Source: Opitutaceae bacterium (lineage in GTDB: Bacteria; Verrucomicrobiota; Verrucomicrobiia; Opitutales; Coraliomargaritaceae). From it: DNA of 64,000 nucleotides. The stretch is taken from contig JBPOFY010000001.1 of assembly GCA_051252375.1 (NCBI GenBank), positions 64,001-128,000 on the forward strand. The letters run 5' to 3'. This document shows, piece by piece, positions 30,611 through 41,271 of the stretch (position 1 is the first letter of the stretch; the number at the start of each line of letters is the position of its first letter). Below the pieces are notes generated by a model. It was not told the DNA's origin. It saw nothing but the letters and a program-made list of their open reading frames with translations, and searched no databases. The position numbers and the translations under genes are program-made.

Positions 30611-31720
30611 ATGGACAACAAAAACCTCACTCTTAGCGAATTACAGGAAAAAGCCTCCAACGCACCTCAAATCAAAGTGCTCGTCGGTATCGACGGCTTC
30701 GTCGACAAGATCGTCCATCCAGTGGACAAGCGGCACGGCCCCGGCGACCAGTTCGAAGCGATTAAAACGATCACTGAGTTTGGTGCACGTATTAGTTCCG
30801 CCGCGGGTAAAAGCGCTAACATCGAACTCGCTCCTGTAGTCGAGAAGCTCGGCGGCAACGGCCCAATCATGGCCAACGCACAAAGTGCCCATGGTCTGCA
30901 AGTTCGCTATCTTGGCGCATTGGGCAAAGCTGCTATCCACCCAGTTTTCGAAGAGTTCGCAAAGAAAACCAACGCCATCTCCATCACTGATCCGGGCGTG
31001 ACCCACGCCGCGGAGTTCACCGACGGCAAGATCATGCTCGGCTCGATGGCCAGCCTCGACGAAATCAACTACGAGCACATCGTCACCGCAATGGGTGCTG
31101 ACGAGTTGGCCAAGGTATTCGGCGAGTCCGACTGCATCGCGATGGTCAATTGGACGATGATCCCCTACCTCTCCGATGTTTTCCGCGATTTCCTCCAGCG
31201 CTTGCTACCGGTCGTAAAGCCCAATCCAGAACGCACCTTCTTCTTCGACCTCGCCGACCCTGAAAAACGCTCCGAGGCTGACCTGCTCGAGGTGCTCGAC
31301 CTGTTCGGTCAATTCGAACAATTCGGCAAAGTCATCCTCGGCCTCAATTTGCGCGAAGCCGAACAAGTCGAAAAACTCCTCGGTTTCGATGCACTCGAAA
31401 ACACGCCGGAAAACTTGCAAGTCATGGCCGAGCGCATCCGCCAAAAGCTCAAGCTCAACACCGTCGTCGTCCACCCAACCGCCGACGCAGCCTGCGCAAC
31501 CCCCGAGGGCACCGCATATGTGAAAGGTCCTTACTGCGACAACCCGAAGATCACCACCGGTGCAGGCGATCACTTTAACTCTGGCTTTGTAACCGGTCGC
31601 CTGATCGGTCTCTCACCAGCTGCGGCACTCACGGTCGCTGTGGCCACTTCTGGATTCTACGTGCGCACCGCAGTGAGCCCATCGCTCGACGAGCTCGACG
31701 AGTTCATTAGCACTTGGTAA
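30611..31720 (+). CDS. PfkB-family carbohydrate kinase
   Basis: LGGNG at the N-terminus and TTGAGDHFNSG at the C-terminus. Confidence 0.85.
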   Translation: MDNKNLTLSELQEKASNAPQIKVLVGIDGFVDKIVHPVDKRHGPGDQFEAIKTITEFGARISSAAGKSANIELAPVVEKLGGNGPIMANAQSAHGLQVRYLGALGKAAIHPVFEEFAKKTNAISITDPGVTHAAEFTDGKIMLGSMASLDEINYEHIVTAMGADELAKVFGESDCIAMVNWTMIPYLSDVFRDFLQRLLPVVKPNPERTFFFDLADPEKRSEADLLEVLDLFGQFEQFGKVILGLNLREAEQVEKLLGFDALENTPENLQVMAERIRQKLKLNTVVVHPTADAACATPEGTAYVKGPYCDNPKITTGAGDHFNSGFVTGRLIGLSPAAALTVAVATSGFYVRTAVSPSLDELDEFISTW

Positions 31721-31723
31721 AAG

Positions 31724-32362
31724 ATGGCAGGCTTATTCATCAGTTTTGAAGGCGGCGAAGGCTGTGGCAAATCCACTCAGATTCGCACCCTAAATGAAAG
31801 CCTGCAAGCTGCTGGCCACAAGGTCGTGCAAACCCGCGAACCGGGCGGCACACCACTCGGCGAAGCGATTCGCAACTTGCTCCAACACGATGAAGTCGGC
31901 GAAGGCATGTGCCCCGAAGTGGAGCTTCTGCTCTTTACAGCTAGCCGCGCACAACACGCCCGCGCACTGATCCAGCCTGCCATCGACAACGGTCAAATCG
32001 TGCTCTGCGACCGCTACCTCGATTCGACCAGCGTCTATCAAGGCGTCGCCCGACAAATCGACCCGGCCTCCGTCGATACCATCAATCAATTTGCCATCGG
32101 CCAAACCCTGCCCGATCTAACGATCCTAATCGATCTAGATCCAACAGTCGGCATGGAGCGCGTCAAAGCACGCAGCGGCGGCAAACTGGACCGAATGGAG
32201 CAAGAAGCCATCGAATTTTTCGAAGCCGTTCGCGCAGGCTATCTCAAAGCCGCAGCCGCCGAACCAAAGCGCTTTCTAGTCGTCAACGGCGACCAAAGCA
32301 TCGAAGCCATCCAAGCAGAGATCTGGAATGCCGTAGAAGTCTTGCTCGCTACAGGCAATTAG
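31724..32362 (+). CDS. tmk: Thymidylate kinase
   Basis: FEGGEGCGKSTQ, TREPGG and DRY..S..VYQG motifs. Confidence 0.97.
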   Translation: MAGLFISFEGGEGCGKSTQIRTLNESLQAAGHKVVQTREPGGTPLGEAIRNLLQHDEVGEGMCPEVELLLFTASRAQHARALIQPAIDNGQIVLCDRYLDSTSVYQGVARQIDPASVDTINQFAIGQTLPDLTILIDLDPTVGMERVKARSGGKLDRMEQEAIEFFEAVRAGYLKAAAAEPKRFLVVNGDQSIEAIQAEIWNAVEVLLATGN

Positions 32363-32384
32363 CCTGCCGAGTGAACCCTTACTA

Positions 32385-32411
32385 CTGGAGGGACGTGTTT
32401 CACACGTCCGC
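32385..32411. repeat. GGAG-type REP-like palindrome
   Basis: ctggag-ggacgtgt-ttc-acacgtcc-gc. Confidence 0.65.
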
Positions 32412-32452
32412 ATGCCAATTAGCTTGACGTAAAGCAATATGAGCAAGCGAGC

Positions 32453-32902
32453 TCAAACTCCCAACACTTCAGCACGCTGTCCAAGTTTCCCCATTAGTGC
32501 GGCAAAGTGCACTCGATCTACATCGTCGAAATTTTCGAAAAGCAGATCGAGATCAGCGGCATGTGCCTCAAAGGCCGTTTCGATCAGCTCCCTACCCCTG
32601 TCGGTGAGGTGGACTAGAACCACCCGAGCGTCTTCCCGGCTCCTCTCACGAGCGACAAAGCCTTTCTTTTCAAGTCGTTGCACCGCTGTAGTGATCGACC
32701 CACTAGTCAGCAGAACCTTCTCGCCAATTGCATTAACCGGGAGTGAGCCCTTATGGAGTAACACTTCCAACACTCCAAAATCCGAAAGCGACGCAAAACC
32801 CGAGCGGCTAATACTCGCCTGATCGTAGGCCATCACAGCCCGTGAAGCTTTCCACATGAGTAAGAATAAATGCGGACCAGAGTTCTGATAAATCTTAGGC
32901 AT
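32453..32902 (-). CDS. MarR-family (MhqR-like) transcriptional regulator
   Basis: DFGVLEVLLHKG...LLTSGSITTAVQRLEKKG...EDAR...LTDRG winged HTH. Confidence 0.92.
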   Translation of the reverse strand: MPKIYQNSGPHLFLLMWKASRAVMAYDQASISRSGFASLSDFGVLEVLLHKGSLPVNAIGEKVLLTSGSITTAVQRLEKKGFVARERSREDARVVLVHLTDRGRELIETAFEAHAADLDLLFENFDDVDRVHFAALMGKLGQRAEVLGV

Positions 32903-32923
32903 GTTTCAAACCATGCCCGCACA

Positions 32924-32941
32924 TAGCTTGATGTCAAGGTA
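32924..32941. promoter_or_regulatory. Putative MarR operator palindrome
   Basis: tagCTTGAtgTCAAGgta, about 20 nt upstream of the marR ATG; related copy at 32420-32437. Confidence 0.55.
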
Positions 32942-33047
32942 AATGGGCTTTCAAGCAAAGTGCCTAGAATGCGATACGATAGACTTGCACTGCAAGTCGC
33001 GACAACTATCTTCACGCAAAACTACTAAAAACCAACCGCTGACCACT

Positions 33048-33644
33048 ATGCCAACACTAGCCAAACTCCTTGAAAACAATCGCAAATGGGCGCAAAGCGT
33101 CACCCAAGAAGACCCCACTTTTTTCGATAAGCTCTCTCAGCAGCAGAGTCCCGAATATTTATGGATCGGCTGCTCGGATAGTCGGGTGCCCGCCAATCAG
33201 ATCACTGGCCTGATGCCTGGCGAAGTGTTTGTCCACCGCAACATTGCCAACATGGTCGTGCACACCGACCTCAATCTACTCTCCGTCCTACAATTTGCGG
33301 TCGATGTGCTTAAAGTGAAGCATATCATCGTCTGCGGGCACTATGGCTGCGGCGGCGTGAAAGCCGCGCTCAACAACGAACCCCTCGGCTTAATTGATAA
33401 CTGGCTTCGCCACATTCAAGACGTGGAGGCATTTCACATCAACGAACTAACACCCCTCGAAGGTGAAGCGAAATGCGACCGCATGTGTGAACTCAACGTC
33501 ATGGCCCAAGCAGAGAACCTTCGACGCACCTCTGTTCTAGTTGATGCATGGAAACGCGGTCAATCAGTCGAAATTCACAGCTGGATCTACAGTTTAAAGG
33601 ACGGCCACATCCGCACATTACAAGACGCGATCCAGAGCAAATAG
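33048..33644 (+). CDS. can: Beta-class carbonic anhydrase
   Basis: WIGCSDSRVP, HRNIAN and GHYGCGG motifs; start placed at ATG 33048. Confidence 0.96.
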   Translation: MPTLAKLLENNRKWAQSVTQEDPTFFDKLSQQQSPEYLWIGCSDSRVPANQITGLMPGEVFVHRNIANMVVHTDLNLLSVLQFAVDVLKVKHIIVCGHYGCGGVKAALNNEPLGLIDNWLRHIQDVEAFHINELTPLEGEAKCDRMCELNVMAQAENLRRTSVLVDAWKRGQSVEIHSWIYSLKDGHIRTLQDAIQSK

Positions 33645-33845
33645 TCGGTCCTACAAAGACTTGGGCTAGGAGGATATAGGGACGAAACGCCAAAGAACTG
33701 GTGCCCATCCCTCAATGTGGACTTAGGCTATATTCTCGATACGTATCTCCTTGAGATATAGCTAAATACGCGTAAATAGATAGTAGGCGCATCCGCCATC
33801 CCCGAACCACCCCTTAGGGCGATGGCAACACGGCTCTACTGCTCT

Positions 33846-36800
33846 ATGAAACATTTACACCTCTACCTTTTCGCCCTCCCCTTGCTTTTCACCTATGCGA
33901 TTGCGCTTGATGAAAATGCCAACGGGCTCAGCGATGTCTGGGAGCAACGTTTTAATGCAAGTAATCTAACGCTTGAAGCCGACGACGATGGCGACCGCTT
34001 CACCAACCTAGAAGAGTGCATCGCCGGAACCGACCCCAACGACTCTACAGACCACCCTCAATTATTCCCGACCGTAATCAACGAGACTGGCGTCGAGATG
34101 CAACTGCACTTCGATACACTCAGAGGCAAAAGCTATACAGTCAGTCACTCCAGCGACCTCACCAATTTTTATGACGTGCCTCCATCTTGGTCGGGAGACA
34201 ATGCCACGCGCTCCCTCACCATTCAAAACGACGGCGCAGCCGAAACGCTAAGCCCCATACGCATTGATTTTTGGTCAGACCTCCCCGGCGATACCATTAG
34301 CGACCTACATGATCTAAGCACCTATCCCAGCGCACCCGACGGCACCGCCTATAATGCCCTCCCAACAGCGCCGGACTTTCTAGCCACCGGCTATGGTGCA
34401 CGCCTATCCTGCTGGATCGAAGCACCTCAAACTGGAGCTTACACCTTCTTCTTAACCGCCGGCGGTCCCGCCGAGCTCTACCTCGACCTAACTCCCGACG
34501 AAGAGAGCACATTGAAAATTGCCGAGGTTTTACCCACACAAACCGGATTAGCTCTCAGCGAATGGAACACATATGCCACTCAACGCTCTGACGCGGTCGA
34601 CCTCATCGCGGGCAAACGATATCATATCGAACTGCACTATGTATCCACAATTCCACGACAACACGCACAGATCGCCTGGTCACTCCCCGGAACCGCGGAA
34701 ATCGAACTCCTCGAAAGAGACGACCTCGCAAAAGTGTTTTTCCATACAAAGACAGTCAGCGGCAACACCCTACTCGAGCACGACTACGATAGCATCGGTC
34801 AGACTGGGAAGCTCTGGCCAAATGCCTCACTCACACCAACTACTATTGTAACCGGCACACCCGGCATGACTGGCAATGCCGAGCACATATCAGGCGATCT
34901 AAGCACCAGCGGCAGCGAAGAGCGCGCTTACTTTGCCCCCGGCAGTAGCGATCATCTCTATGCCACATGGCTATTTAACATGGCAACAGGCAGCTCTCAG
35001 GACAACTACGTCTATTTGATGAACGGTGACAACGGCTCACAGGAAGGACCACGTTTCGACATCGAAGACAGCACATCCAACTCGACCGGAGCGGTCGTCC
35101 GTGCTGGCGGCTCCAGCGGCAACGAGGCACAAGTCGATATTGAGTTCGACACAACCTACCGCATCGAACTGGTCACCTCTCTAGTGCCTGAAGGTTTTGA
35201 ATACCGCGCTCCAGACGGCTCACACACGGTGGCCGAAGACACTTTCGATATGTATGTCAGCGACCCAACAGGTAGGTTCGTTGGCTCCGCCACAGGCCTG
35301 ACCTACAGGGATGGTGCCAGCAATCTCATCCAAAGCCTGAGCAGCATTCGACTAGCCACCCCAAACAACCCAAACATCACCTATGACGATTGGTTCGTCT
35401 CGACCGGCAACATTCCCGGAGAGGGCTATCTAGTCGCCAACGAGGTCGACTTTGGTGGCGGCCTAACACCGAACTTCTTTAAGTTCTCCGTTGAAGAACA
35501 AGATCAAGACAGCGACACCATCCCAGACTGGGAAGAACTCGCACTCGCACCTTACGCCAACCTGTTGTTTTTCGATTCAGAGACCATCAATGGCACCCCC
35601 GACGTCGACACGCTGCAAGCCTACCTAACAGGTGCCACCGGTCTACCCGACATCGCACTGTATGGCTCCGACGCCTGCGCGATGGAAAGCAATTATCCAA
35701 ATACCATTCCCGACGATGGCGAAATCACGATCACACGCGAAGGCGTGCTGACCCCAGTCACCGTCCATCTAGAAATCATCCCTCTCGAGGGCACGGGCAG
35801 CACCGTCACTCTTTGCGACGGCTCTTGTTGCATGCTAGTTGGCACCGCCGGCGATGAGGCAGCCGAAGTGGAGGACTATCAAATCATCGACGAAGACGGC
35901 AATATCATCACCGACAGCGTGCACTTCGAATTCGGCGAGCGTCAAAAAATCCTCACTGTTAAAGCGATCAACGACGAGATCAACGAATACCCCGAGACCT
36001 TGAACATCGGCATAGCACCCTCACCTGACAGCAACTACACGATCTCCACCTTATTTAGCGGCGCTTCGATCCAACTCTTCGACTTACCGGATAGCCCAGA
36101 TAACCTCACCATCTTCACTGGTGCCTTCAGCCAAGACGGTAAGGCAGTCAACGCGACGAGCGGCTCCGGTTCCGTGACAGCTACTATCAACGGTCCACGC
36201 ACTGAAATGCGTTTTTGGAACCAGTTCTCGAACTTAAACAACGCCCAACAAGACTCACACATCCACAAAGCCAACTCGGGCAACACTGCCGGCAGCATTA
36301 TCTACGCGATCACCAACACACCAGGCGATGAATCCGGCGCCTCCCCGGGCTCGGACCCTTTCAATGGCCAGCTAAAATATTACCCCGTCCAAGTGCTCGC
36401 CGGCGAAGACCCCGGAAGCGCGGTCGAAGGCGATGGCTACCCATGGGATCTGCAGGAATCTTCAGGTGCCGTCCCCACATTGGGCGGCGCGGCATCCAAA
36501 CAAACCATCATCGACTCACTGTTCGGTCAAAACGGGGAGACCTCGCTCTATCTCAATGTTCATACAGTCAGCAATCCTGCTGGTGAGATCTGGGGCTTCC
36601 TAAATCTCTCCGAAGGTTCGATCAGCGATCCCGGCGATGCACCAGCGGCCGACGCACCAGGCACAAGCGGCTACCCACAGCTCAGCGGCGATCTACTTGA
36701 AGCTGAAGTCAGACGCTTCCTAAACCAAGCCACCTTTGGAGCCACCGATGCCAGCGTCGCAGCACTGCTCAATACGATCAATACCGAGCGCGGCACCGAT

Positions 36801-38936
36801 CCAAACTACCATCGCCACAGCGCATACGAAGCATGGATCGACGACCAGATGAACCCGACCGTCACCAAGCAGACCTTCCTTCTCGATTATTACACCGCGG
36901 TATACTTCCAATATTTGAAACTCTCTGGCGTCTTCGACCCCGCGCGCAATATCGCCGATACCGTCACGCCAACGCCAACAACTCCCGCCACATGGCCCAC
37001 AATCAATCGCGATGACCCCAACCCGGAGCTTTGGTATCTAAGTGACCCTTTCCCAATCACGCGCCCTGAATACCTACTGGCAGATGACACCAATAATCTC
37101 ATCTCATCCACCGGCTACAGAAACCTGAACCGCAACACATTCTCGCACATGATGTTGAACGCCAAAGATCAGTTACGCCAGAAAATGGGCTTCTCACTAC
37201 AACAGATCGTCGTCGTCAGCAACTCACTCAGCACGATCGAGGATCAACCCTTCGCAACCGTAAACTACCAAGATCAGTTCAACCAACACGCCTTCGGTTA
37301 TTATCGCAGCATACTTGGCTACGTAAACTGGAGTCCACTGATGGGCGCATGGCTCTCCAGTTTGAAAAACCAGAAAGCGATCGATTTCGACGGTGACGGT
37401 CTGTTCGACACATACCCCGACGAAAACCTCGCGCGAGAGAATATGCAGCTCTTCACGATCGGTCTATTCAACATCTGGCCGGATGGCAGACTACGCCTCA
37501 CCCCCAACGGTCTACCCGAATCGAGCTACACCAATGCCGACATTCAAGAGTTCGCAAAAATCCTCACCGGTCAAAGCTTCAGCTTAGAGCGCAACACACC
37601 GAACGGTCTCTACCAATGGGGCGGCGTTCCCTACGCCCCGGATAACGATACTTTCAACGCAAGCACCCGATCGGGACCAATGGCCAGACAGTATCTCTAC
37701 CCAATGAAGATGTTCGGCGACTATCACAGTCTAGGACCAAAAACATTTGCCGGCACCACCATCGACAATAGCGCTCTGCCCGACTTCAGCGATCAAGGCA
37801 TTGCCGACGTAGAGGCTGCCATCGATTGGCTGGCTGGCAAGCCAGGCGACGGTCTACCCGATTTCGATATGGTCAATAGCCATATTAGCACGCCCGCATT
37901 TGTATCACGCCGACTGATACAACGCTTCACCACATCCAACCCATCGACCGAGTATCTGCATCGCGTGGCGACCGTCTTCAAAAACTCGGAGGGCAATCTC
38001 GGACTCACCGTCAAAGCCATCCTACTTGATCCCGAGGCCCGCAACCTAGATGTTTACGACACTCAATTCGGTCTAAAGAAGTCACCGCTTGAAGGTTACT
38101 TACAATTACTGCGCGCATTCGACGCTTACAGCTATATCCCGCTCACCGACCCTTCCGGCGCCAGCCCATACGATGCAGCACCAGGCAGTTTTGCCAACGC
38201 AGACCTCTTTCTCAACACCTTCGATTATCCCGCGGAGCAACTTGCAAACCATGAGAGAAATGCCCGCTTCATGTTCAACAGCTTCTTCACCAGTGGCTCC
38301 GAAGGGCTGCAAATGAATCCCTTCGATCAAGAAACGGTATTCAACTTTTACCTACCGGACTTTAATCCAGGCGGCGCGATCGGCGCGGCAGGTCTCGTTT
38401 CCCCCGAACTGCAACTCGCAAACGAGCAAGACATCATTCGTAACATTAACTATTTCGAACAGATCACACGCTCTGAAAGTGGGCAAGGCGGCATCAGCCT
38501 CGGCAACACTAGCGCCAACCAAAGACTCGTATATGGTGTCGCCGACAACTCAACCGACAGCAACGACAACACACGCCTGCCGCTCCAAGCCATAGCCGAC
38601 GCATTCTACCCTGCCGCTGCACCCGACAACAGCAGCGACCCGAGCCGCAGTCCGGAATCACTCGCCGACGAAGCCATGCTCGACGAGCTGGACAAGCGCC
38701 TCACTAATGGAATTTTTAAAATCAAGTATCCCTACGATCCCAACGACGATGACGACCCCAGCATCGCCGGCGTAGACGACCTCCTTAAGAATCCGCGCGA
38801 ACTCATCATCGACTCCATCACAGGTGCTTACGGCGACCCATTCAATGGAAGCAGCGACGATGCCGACCGCCGTGATAAGCTAGAGAACATTCTGTTCCTG
38901 CTCACCTTCACGCCCGAATACCAAATCCAAAAATAA
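33846..38936 (+). CDS. Large secreted multidomain protein: Asp-rich Ca-binding repeats, PA14, Calx-beta-like, CHRD and C-terminal DUF1800
   Basis: Signal peptide; DxDxD repeats; PA14 (APQTGAYTF...LIAGKRYHIEL); CHRD (SHIH...LYLNVHTVSNPAGEIWG); DUF1800 (RFLNQATFG, DQLRQKM, PDENLARENMQLFTIG, AILLDPEAR). Confidence 0.85.
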   Translation: MKHLHLYLFALPLLFTYAIALDENANGLSDVWEQRFNASNLTLEADDDGDRFTNLEECIAGTDPNDSTDHPQLFPTVINETGVEMQLHFDTLRGKSYTVSHSSDLTNFYDVPPSWSGDNATRSLTIQNDGAAETLSPIRIDFWSDLPGDTISDLHDLSTYPSAPDGTAYNALPTAPDFLATGYGARLSCWIEAPQTGAYTFFLTAGGPAELYLDLTPDEESTLKIAEVLPTQTGLALSEWNTYATQRSDAVDLIAGKRYHIELHYVSTIPRQHAQIAWSLPGTAEIELLERDDLAKVFFHTKTVSGNTLLEHDYDSIGQTGKLWPNASLTPTTIVTGTPGMTGNAEHISGDLSTSGSEERAYFAPGSSDHLYATWLFNMATGSSQDNYVYLMNGDNGSQEGPRFDIEDSTSNSTGAVVRAGGSSGNEAQVDIEFDTTYRIELVTSLVPEGFEYRAPDGSHTVAEDTFDMYVSDPTGRFVGSATGLTYRDGASNLIQSLSSIRLATPNNPNITYDDWFVSTGNIPGEGYLVANEVDFGGGLTPNFFKFSVEEQDQDSDTIPDWEELALAPYANLLFFDSETINGTPDVDTLQAYLTGATGLPDIALYGSDACAMESNYPNTIPDDGEITITREGVLTPVTVHLEIIPLEGTGSTVTLCDGSCCMLVGTAGDEAAEVEDYQIIDEDGNIITDSVHFEFGERQKILTVKAINDEINEYPETLNIGIAPSPDSNYTISTLFSGASIQLFDLPDSPDNLTIFTGAFSQDGKAVNATSGSGSVTATINGPRTEMRFWNQFSNLNNAQQDSHIHKANSGNTAGSIIYAITNTPGDESGASPGSDPFNGQLKYYPVQVLAGEDPGSAVEGDGYPWDLQESSGAVPTLGGAASKQTIIDSLFGQNGETSLYLNVHTVSNPAGEIWGFLNLSEGSISDPGDAPAADAPGTSGYPQLSGDLLEAEVRRFLNQATFGATDASVAALLNTINTERGTDPNYHRHSAYEAWIDDQMNPTVTKQTFLLDYYTAVYFQYLKLSGVFDPARNIADTVTPTPTTPATWPTINRDDPNPELWYLSDPFPITRPEYLLADDTNNLISSTGYRNLNRNTFSHMMLNAKDQLRQKMGFSLQQIVVVSNSLSTIEDQPFATVNYQDQFNQHAFGYYRSILGYVNWSPLMGAWLSSLKNQKAIDFDGDGLFDTYPDENLARENMQLFTIGLFNIWPDGRLRLTPNGLPESSYTNADIQEFAKILTGQSFSLERNTPNGLYQWGGVPYAPDNDTFNASTRSGPMARQYLYPMKMFGDYHSLGPKTFAGTTIDNSALPDFSDQGIADVEAAIDWLAGKPGDGLPDFDMVNSHISTPAFVSRRLIQRFTTSNPSTEYLHRVATVFKNSEGNLGLTVKAILLDPEARNLDVYDTQFGLKKSPLEGYLQLLRAFDAYSYIPLTDPSGASPYDAAPGSFANADLFLNTFDYPAEQLANHERNARFMFNSFFTSGSEGLQMNPFDQETVFNFYLPDFNPGGAIGAAGLVSPELQLANEQDIIRNINYFEQITRSESGQGGISLGNTSANQRLVYGVADNSTDSNDNTRLPLQAIADAFYPAAAPDNSSDPSRSPESLADEAMLDELDKRLTNGIFKIKYPYDPNDDDDPSIAGVDDLLKNPRELIIDSITGAYGDPFNGSSDDADRRDKLENILFLLTFTPEYQIQK

Positions 38937-38941
38937 GCGCC

Positions 38942-40516
38942 ATGTCTAAAAATTTGAACCATATTTCTCGTCGGCAATTTCTCCGCGCAGGCACTTGTGG
39001 CGCGATGACAATCGGTCCACTCGTCAACACCATCGCACAACTCTCGCTGATCAACTCAGCCGCTGCCAGCGCACTGGGCGGCTCACTTGTCGGCTCCGAC
39101 TACAAAGCTCTCGTCTGCATTTTCCTGCGCGGCGGCTGCGACATGAATAACGTGCTGATCCCCATCACCGGCAACCCACAAGCCGACGCCTATGCAAACG
39201 ATCGAGGTGTGGTTGGCATCCCCAACGGCATCACCACTTCTTACAATCCCACAGGTGCTGACAACACTCTTCCGATCATCGTCCCCGGAGCCGATCCCTT
39301 CGGCATGCACCCGAGCCTAGTGAACCTGAAGGCGATGTTTGATAATAGTGAAGCAGGCTTCATCACCAACGTCGGCACGCTCGCCGAGCCAACTAACAAG
39401 AACGAATACAGCACCACCAGCCTACCCAAACAACTGTTCTCCCATTCCGACCAAGTCACACAATGGATGTCGTCCATCTCCGACAAGCCCTACATCTCTG
39501 GCTGGGGCGCACGCGTCGCCGAACTCTATCACGACGCCTGGAACATCAACAGCCAGACATCGATGATGATTACCGCGGCAGGGAACAATCAGTTCATGAG
39601 CGGCAGTAGCGTGAGCCCATTTTCCGTCACCTCCTCTGGCTCGATTAGTCTCGCAGGTTTCGGCACAAATTACGCCAGCGCCTTAAACACCGATGGCAGC
39701 TACAAGACCAATTCAACCGGCAGACGATTTGAAGCGCTGGAGCGTATCATGCAATACAGCCACGCGCACATACTTGAAGAAGGATACGGCGAGGTCGTGC
39801 GCAGTGCACGCGCCAACGAGACCATCATCAACGAAGCTATCGCAGCCACTCCATCCGATGTCGACTTTGATCAAATCTGGCTTGATCACGAAGCCGACAG
39901 TGGCGTTGCTAATGAACTAAAATCAGTCGCACGACTCATCGCCGGTCGCGAGTGCATGGGCAACAATCGTCAAATATTCTTCGTCGATCTCGGCGGGTTT
40001 GATAACCACGCCAACATCAACGGCGCACAGCCTGCATTACTCGATCAATTAGACCGCGCCATTGGTGCCTTCAACGCCGGCATGAAAGCACTGGATGCCA
40101 GCACCATCGACACCGATTTCAGCTACGACAAGGTCACCACCTTCCAAGCCTCCGACTTCAATCGCACCTGGACACCCAACGGCACCGACTTTGCCTCGGC
40201 AGGCACCGACCACGCATGGGGCTCACACAGTTTCGTATTTGGTGGAGCCGTCAACGGCGGCAACTTCTACGGCAGTTACCCCACACTCGAAGTCGGCGGA
40301 GTCAACGACGTGCCCAGTGGCTCACGCGGTCGCTGGATACCCACCACCTCGGTCGACCAATTTGCCGCCGTCATGGCCAACTGGTTTGGCGTCCCGATCG
40401 GCAGTAGCGAGATGGAAACCATCTTCCCGAACCTGAACCGCTTCGAAGATCCGTTTGATATCAGTGGAACCGCAAACCTCGCATTCCTCCCGCCCTACGT
40501 GCCACCCATCATTTAG
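38942..40516 (+). CDS. DUF1501 family protein, Tat-exported
   Basis: SRRQFL Tat motif; YKALVCIFLRGGCD, LFSHSDQ, GGFDNH, SDFNRT, GTDHAWG and IPTTSVDQ motifs. Confidence 0.9.
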   Translation: MSKNLNHISRRQFLRAGTCGAMTIGPLVNTIAQLSLINSAAASALGGSLVGSDYKALVCIFLRGGCDMNNVLIPITGNPQADAYANDRGVVGIPNGITTSYNPTGADNTLPIIVPGADPFGMHPSLVNLKAMFDNSEAGFITNVGTLAEPTNKNEYSTTSLPKQLFSHSDQVTQWMSSISDKPYISGWGARVAELYHDAWNINSQTSMMITAAGNNQFMSGSSVSPFSVTSSGSISLAGFGTNYASALNTDGSYKTNSTGRRFEALERIMQYSHAHILEEGYGEVVRSARANETIINEAIAATPSDVDFDQIWLDHEADSGVANELKSVARLIAGRECMGNNRQIFFVDLGGFDNHANINGAQPALLDQLDRAIGAFNAGMKALDASTIDTDFSYDKVTTFQASDFNRTWTPNGTDFASAGTDHAWGSHSFVFGGAVNGGNFYGSYPTLEVGGVNDVPSGSRGRWIPTTSVDQFAAVMANWFGVPIGSSEMETIFPNLNRFEDPFDISGTANLAFLPPYVPPII

Positions 40517-40521
40517 ACTAG

Positions 40522-41112
40522 ATGAAAAAAAATTGGATGATCCTCATCTTCGTAGGCGCCAGCCTACTGCTACTCCTTTATGTGAAGGTGAGCTCGATTG
40601 ACGTCGCAAATGACACTGCGAGTGAGACCCAAAATAATACACCCGCAACCACATCCGAATCAGTCACGAGCCAGACCACCGAGCCGAACCCTTACGACAT
40701 ACCCCAACCCGACGACCCCAGACTCACTCGCCTCGCAGATGGGCGCGTGCTCTACAACCCATCCGTAGAAGCCAGTCGCACACTCGACCAAACCATCGAC
40801 CCTGACGAAGCACTTACAGTGATCGATCAACTCATCAGCCACTACCGATTCGCCTATAAAGAAAATCCAGTCGGCAGCGAGAACACAGAAATCACCGAAC
40901 AACTCCTCGGCAAAAATCCGAAACGCATCGTCTTCCTCGATCCTCAAAGCCAGGCACTCAAAGACAAACAGCTACTCGACCAATGGGGCACCCCTTATTT
41001 CTTCCACGCGCTCTCCGCACAAGAAATGGAAATCCGCTCCGCCGGCCCCGACCAACAACACTGGACCGCCGACGACTTCGCCATCAATCAAGCCCAGCAA
41101 GACTCCGAATAG
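40522..41112 (+). CDS. Membrane-anchored protein with a GspG/pseudopilin-like C-terminal domain
   Basis: N-terminal TM; DQWGTPY and IRSAGPD...TADD as in the T2SS GspG C-terminus; no prepilin GFxLxE motif. Confidence 0.75.
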   Translation: MKKNWMILIFVGASLLLLLYVKVSSIDVANDTASETQNNTPATTSESVTSQTTEPNPYDIPQPDDPRLTRLADGRVLYNPSVEASRTLDQTIDPDEALTVIDQLISHYRFAYKENPVGSENTEITEQLLGKNPKRIVFLDPQSQALKDKQLLDQWGTPYFFHALSAQEMEIRSAGPDQQHWTADDFAINQAQQDSE

Positions 41113-41143
41113 AACTATCTGACTACCCACAGATCTGGATTAT

Positions 41144-41228
41144 TGTAGCCACGTCACTCTGTGACGTGATCGCTAGCGTAAACTTTGTCCACAATCGCAC
41201 AACACGGCAGGAGACTGCCGTGGCTACA
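41144..41228. repeat. GTAG-type REP doublet
   Basis: Same arms as 19478-19559 with a different spacer. Confidence 0.85.
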
Positions 41229-41271
41229 ACAAAAAGGATGAAGATAGGCCTGTCAGAGTCAGTCCGAAACC

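Noticed and set aside
33645..33845. Riboswitch or ncRNA upstream of the DUF1800 gene
   Set aside because: Some imperfect hairpins are present, but I could not match a cobalamin, TPP, SAM or c-di-GMP consensus; an Rfam scan would settle it
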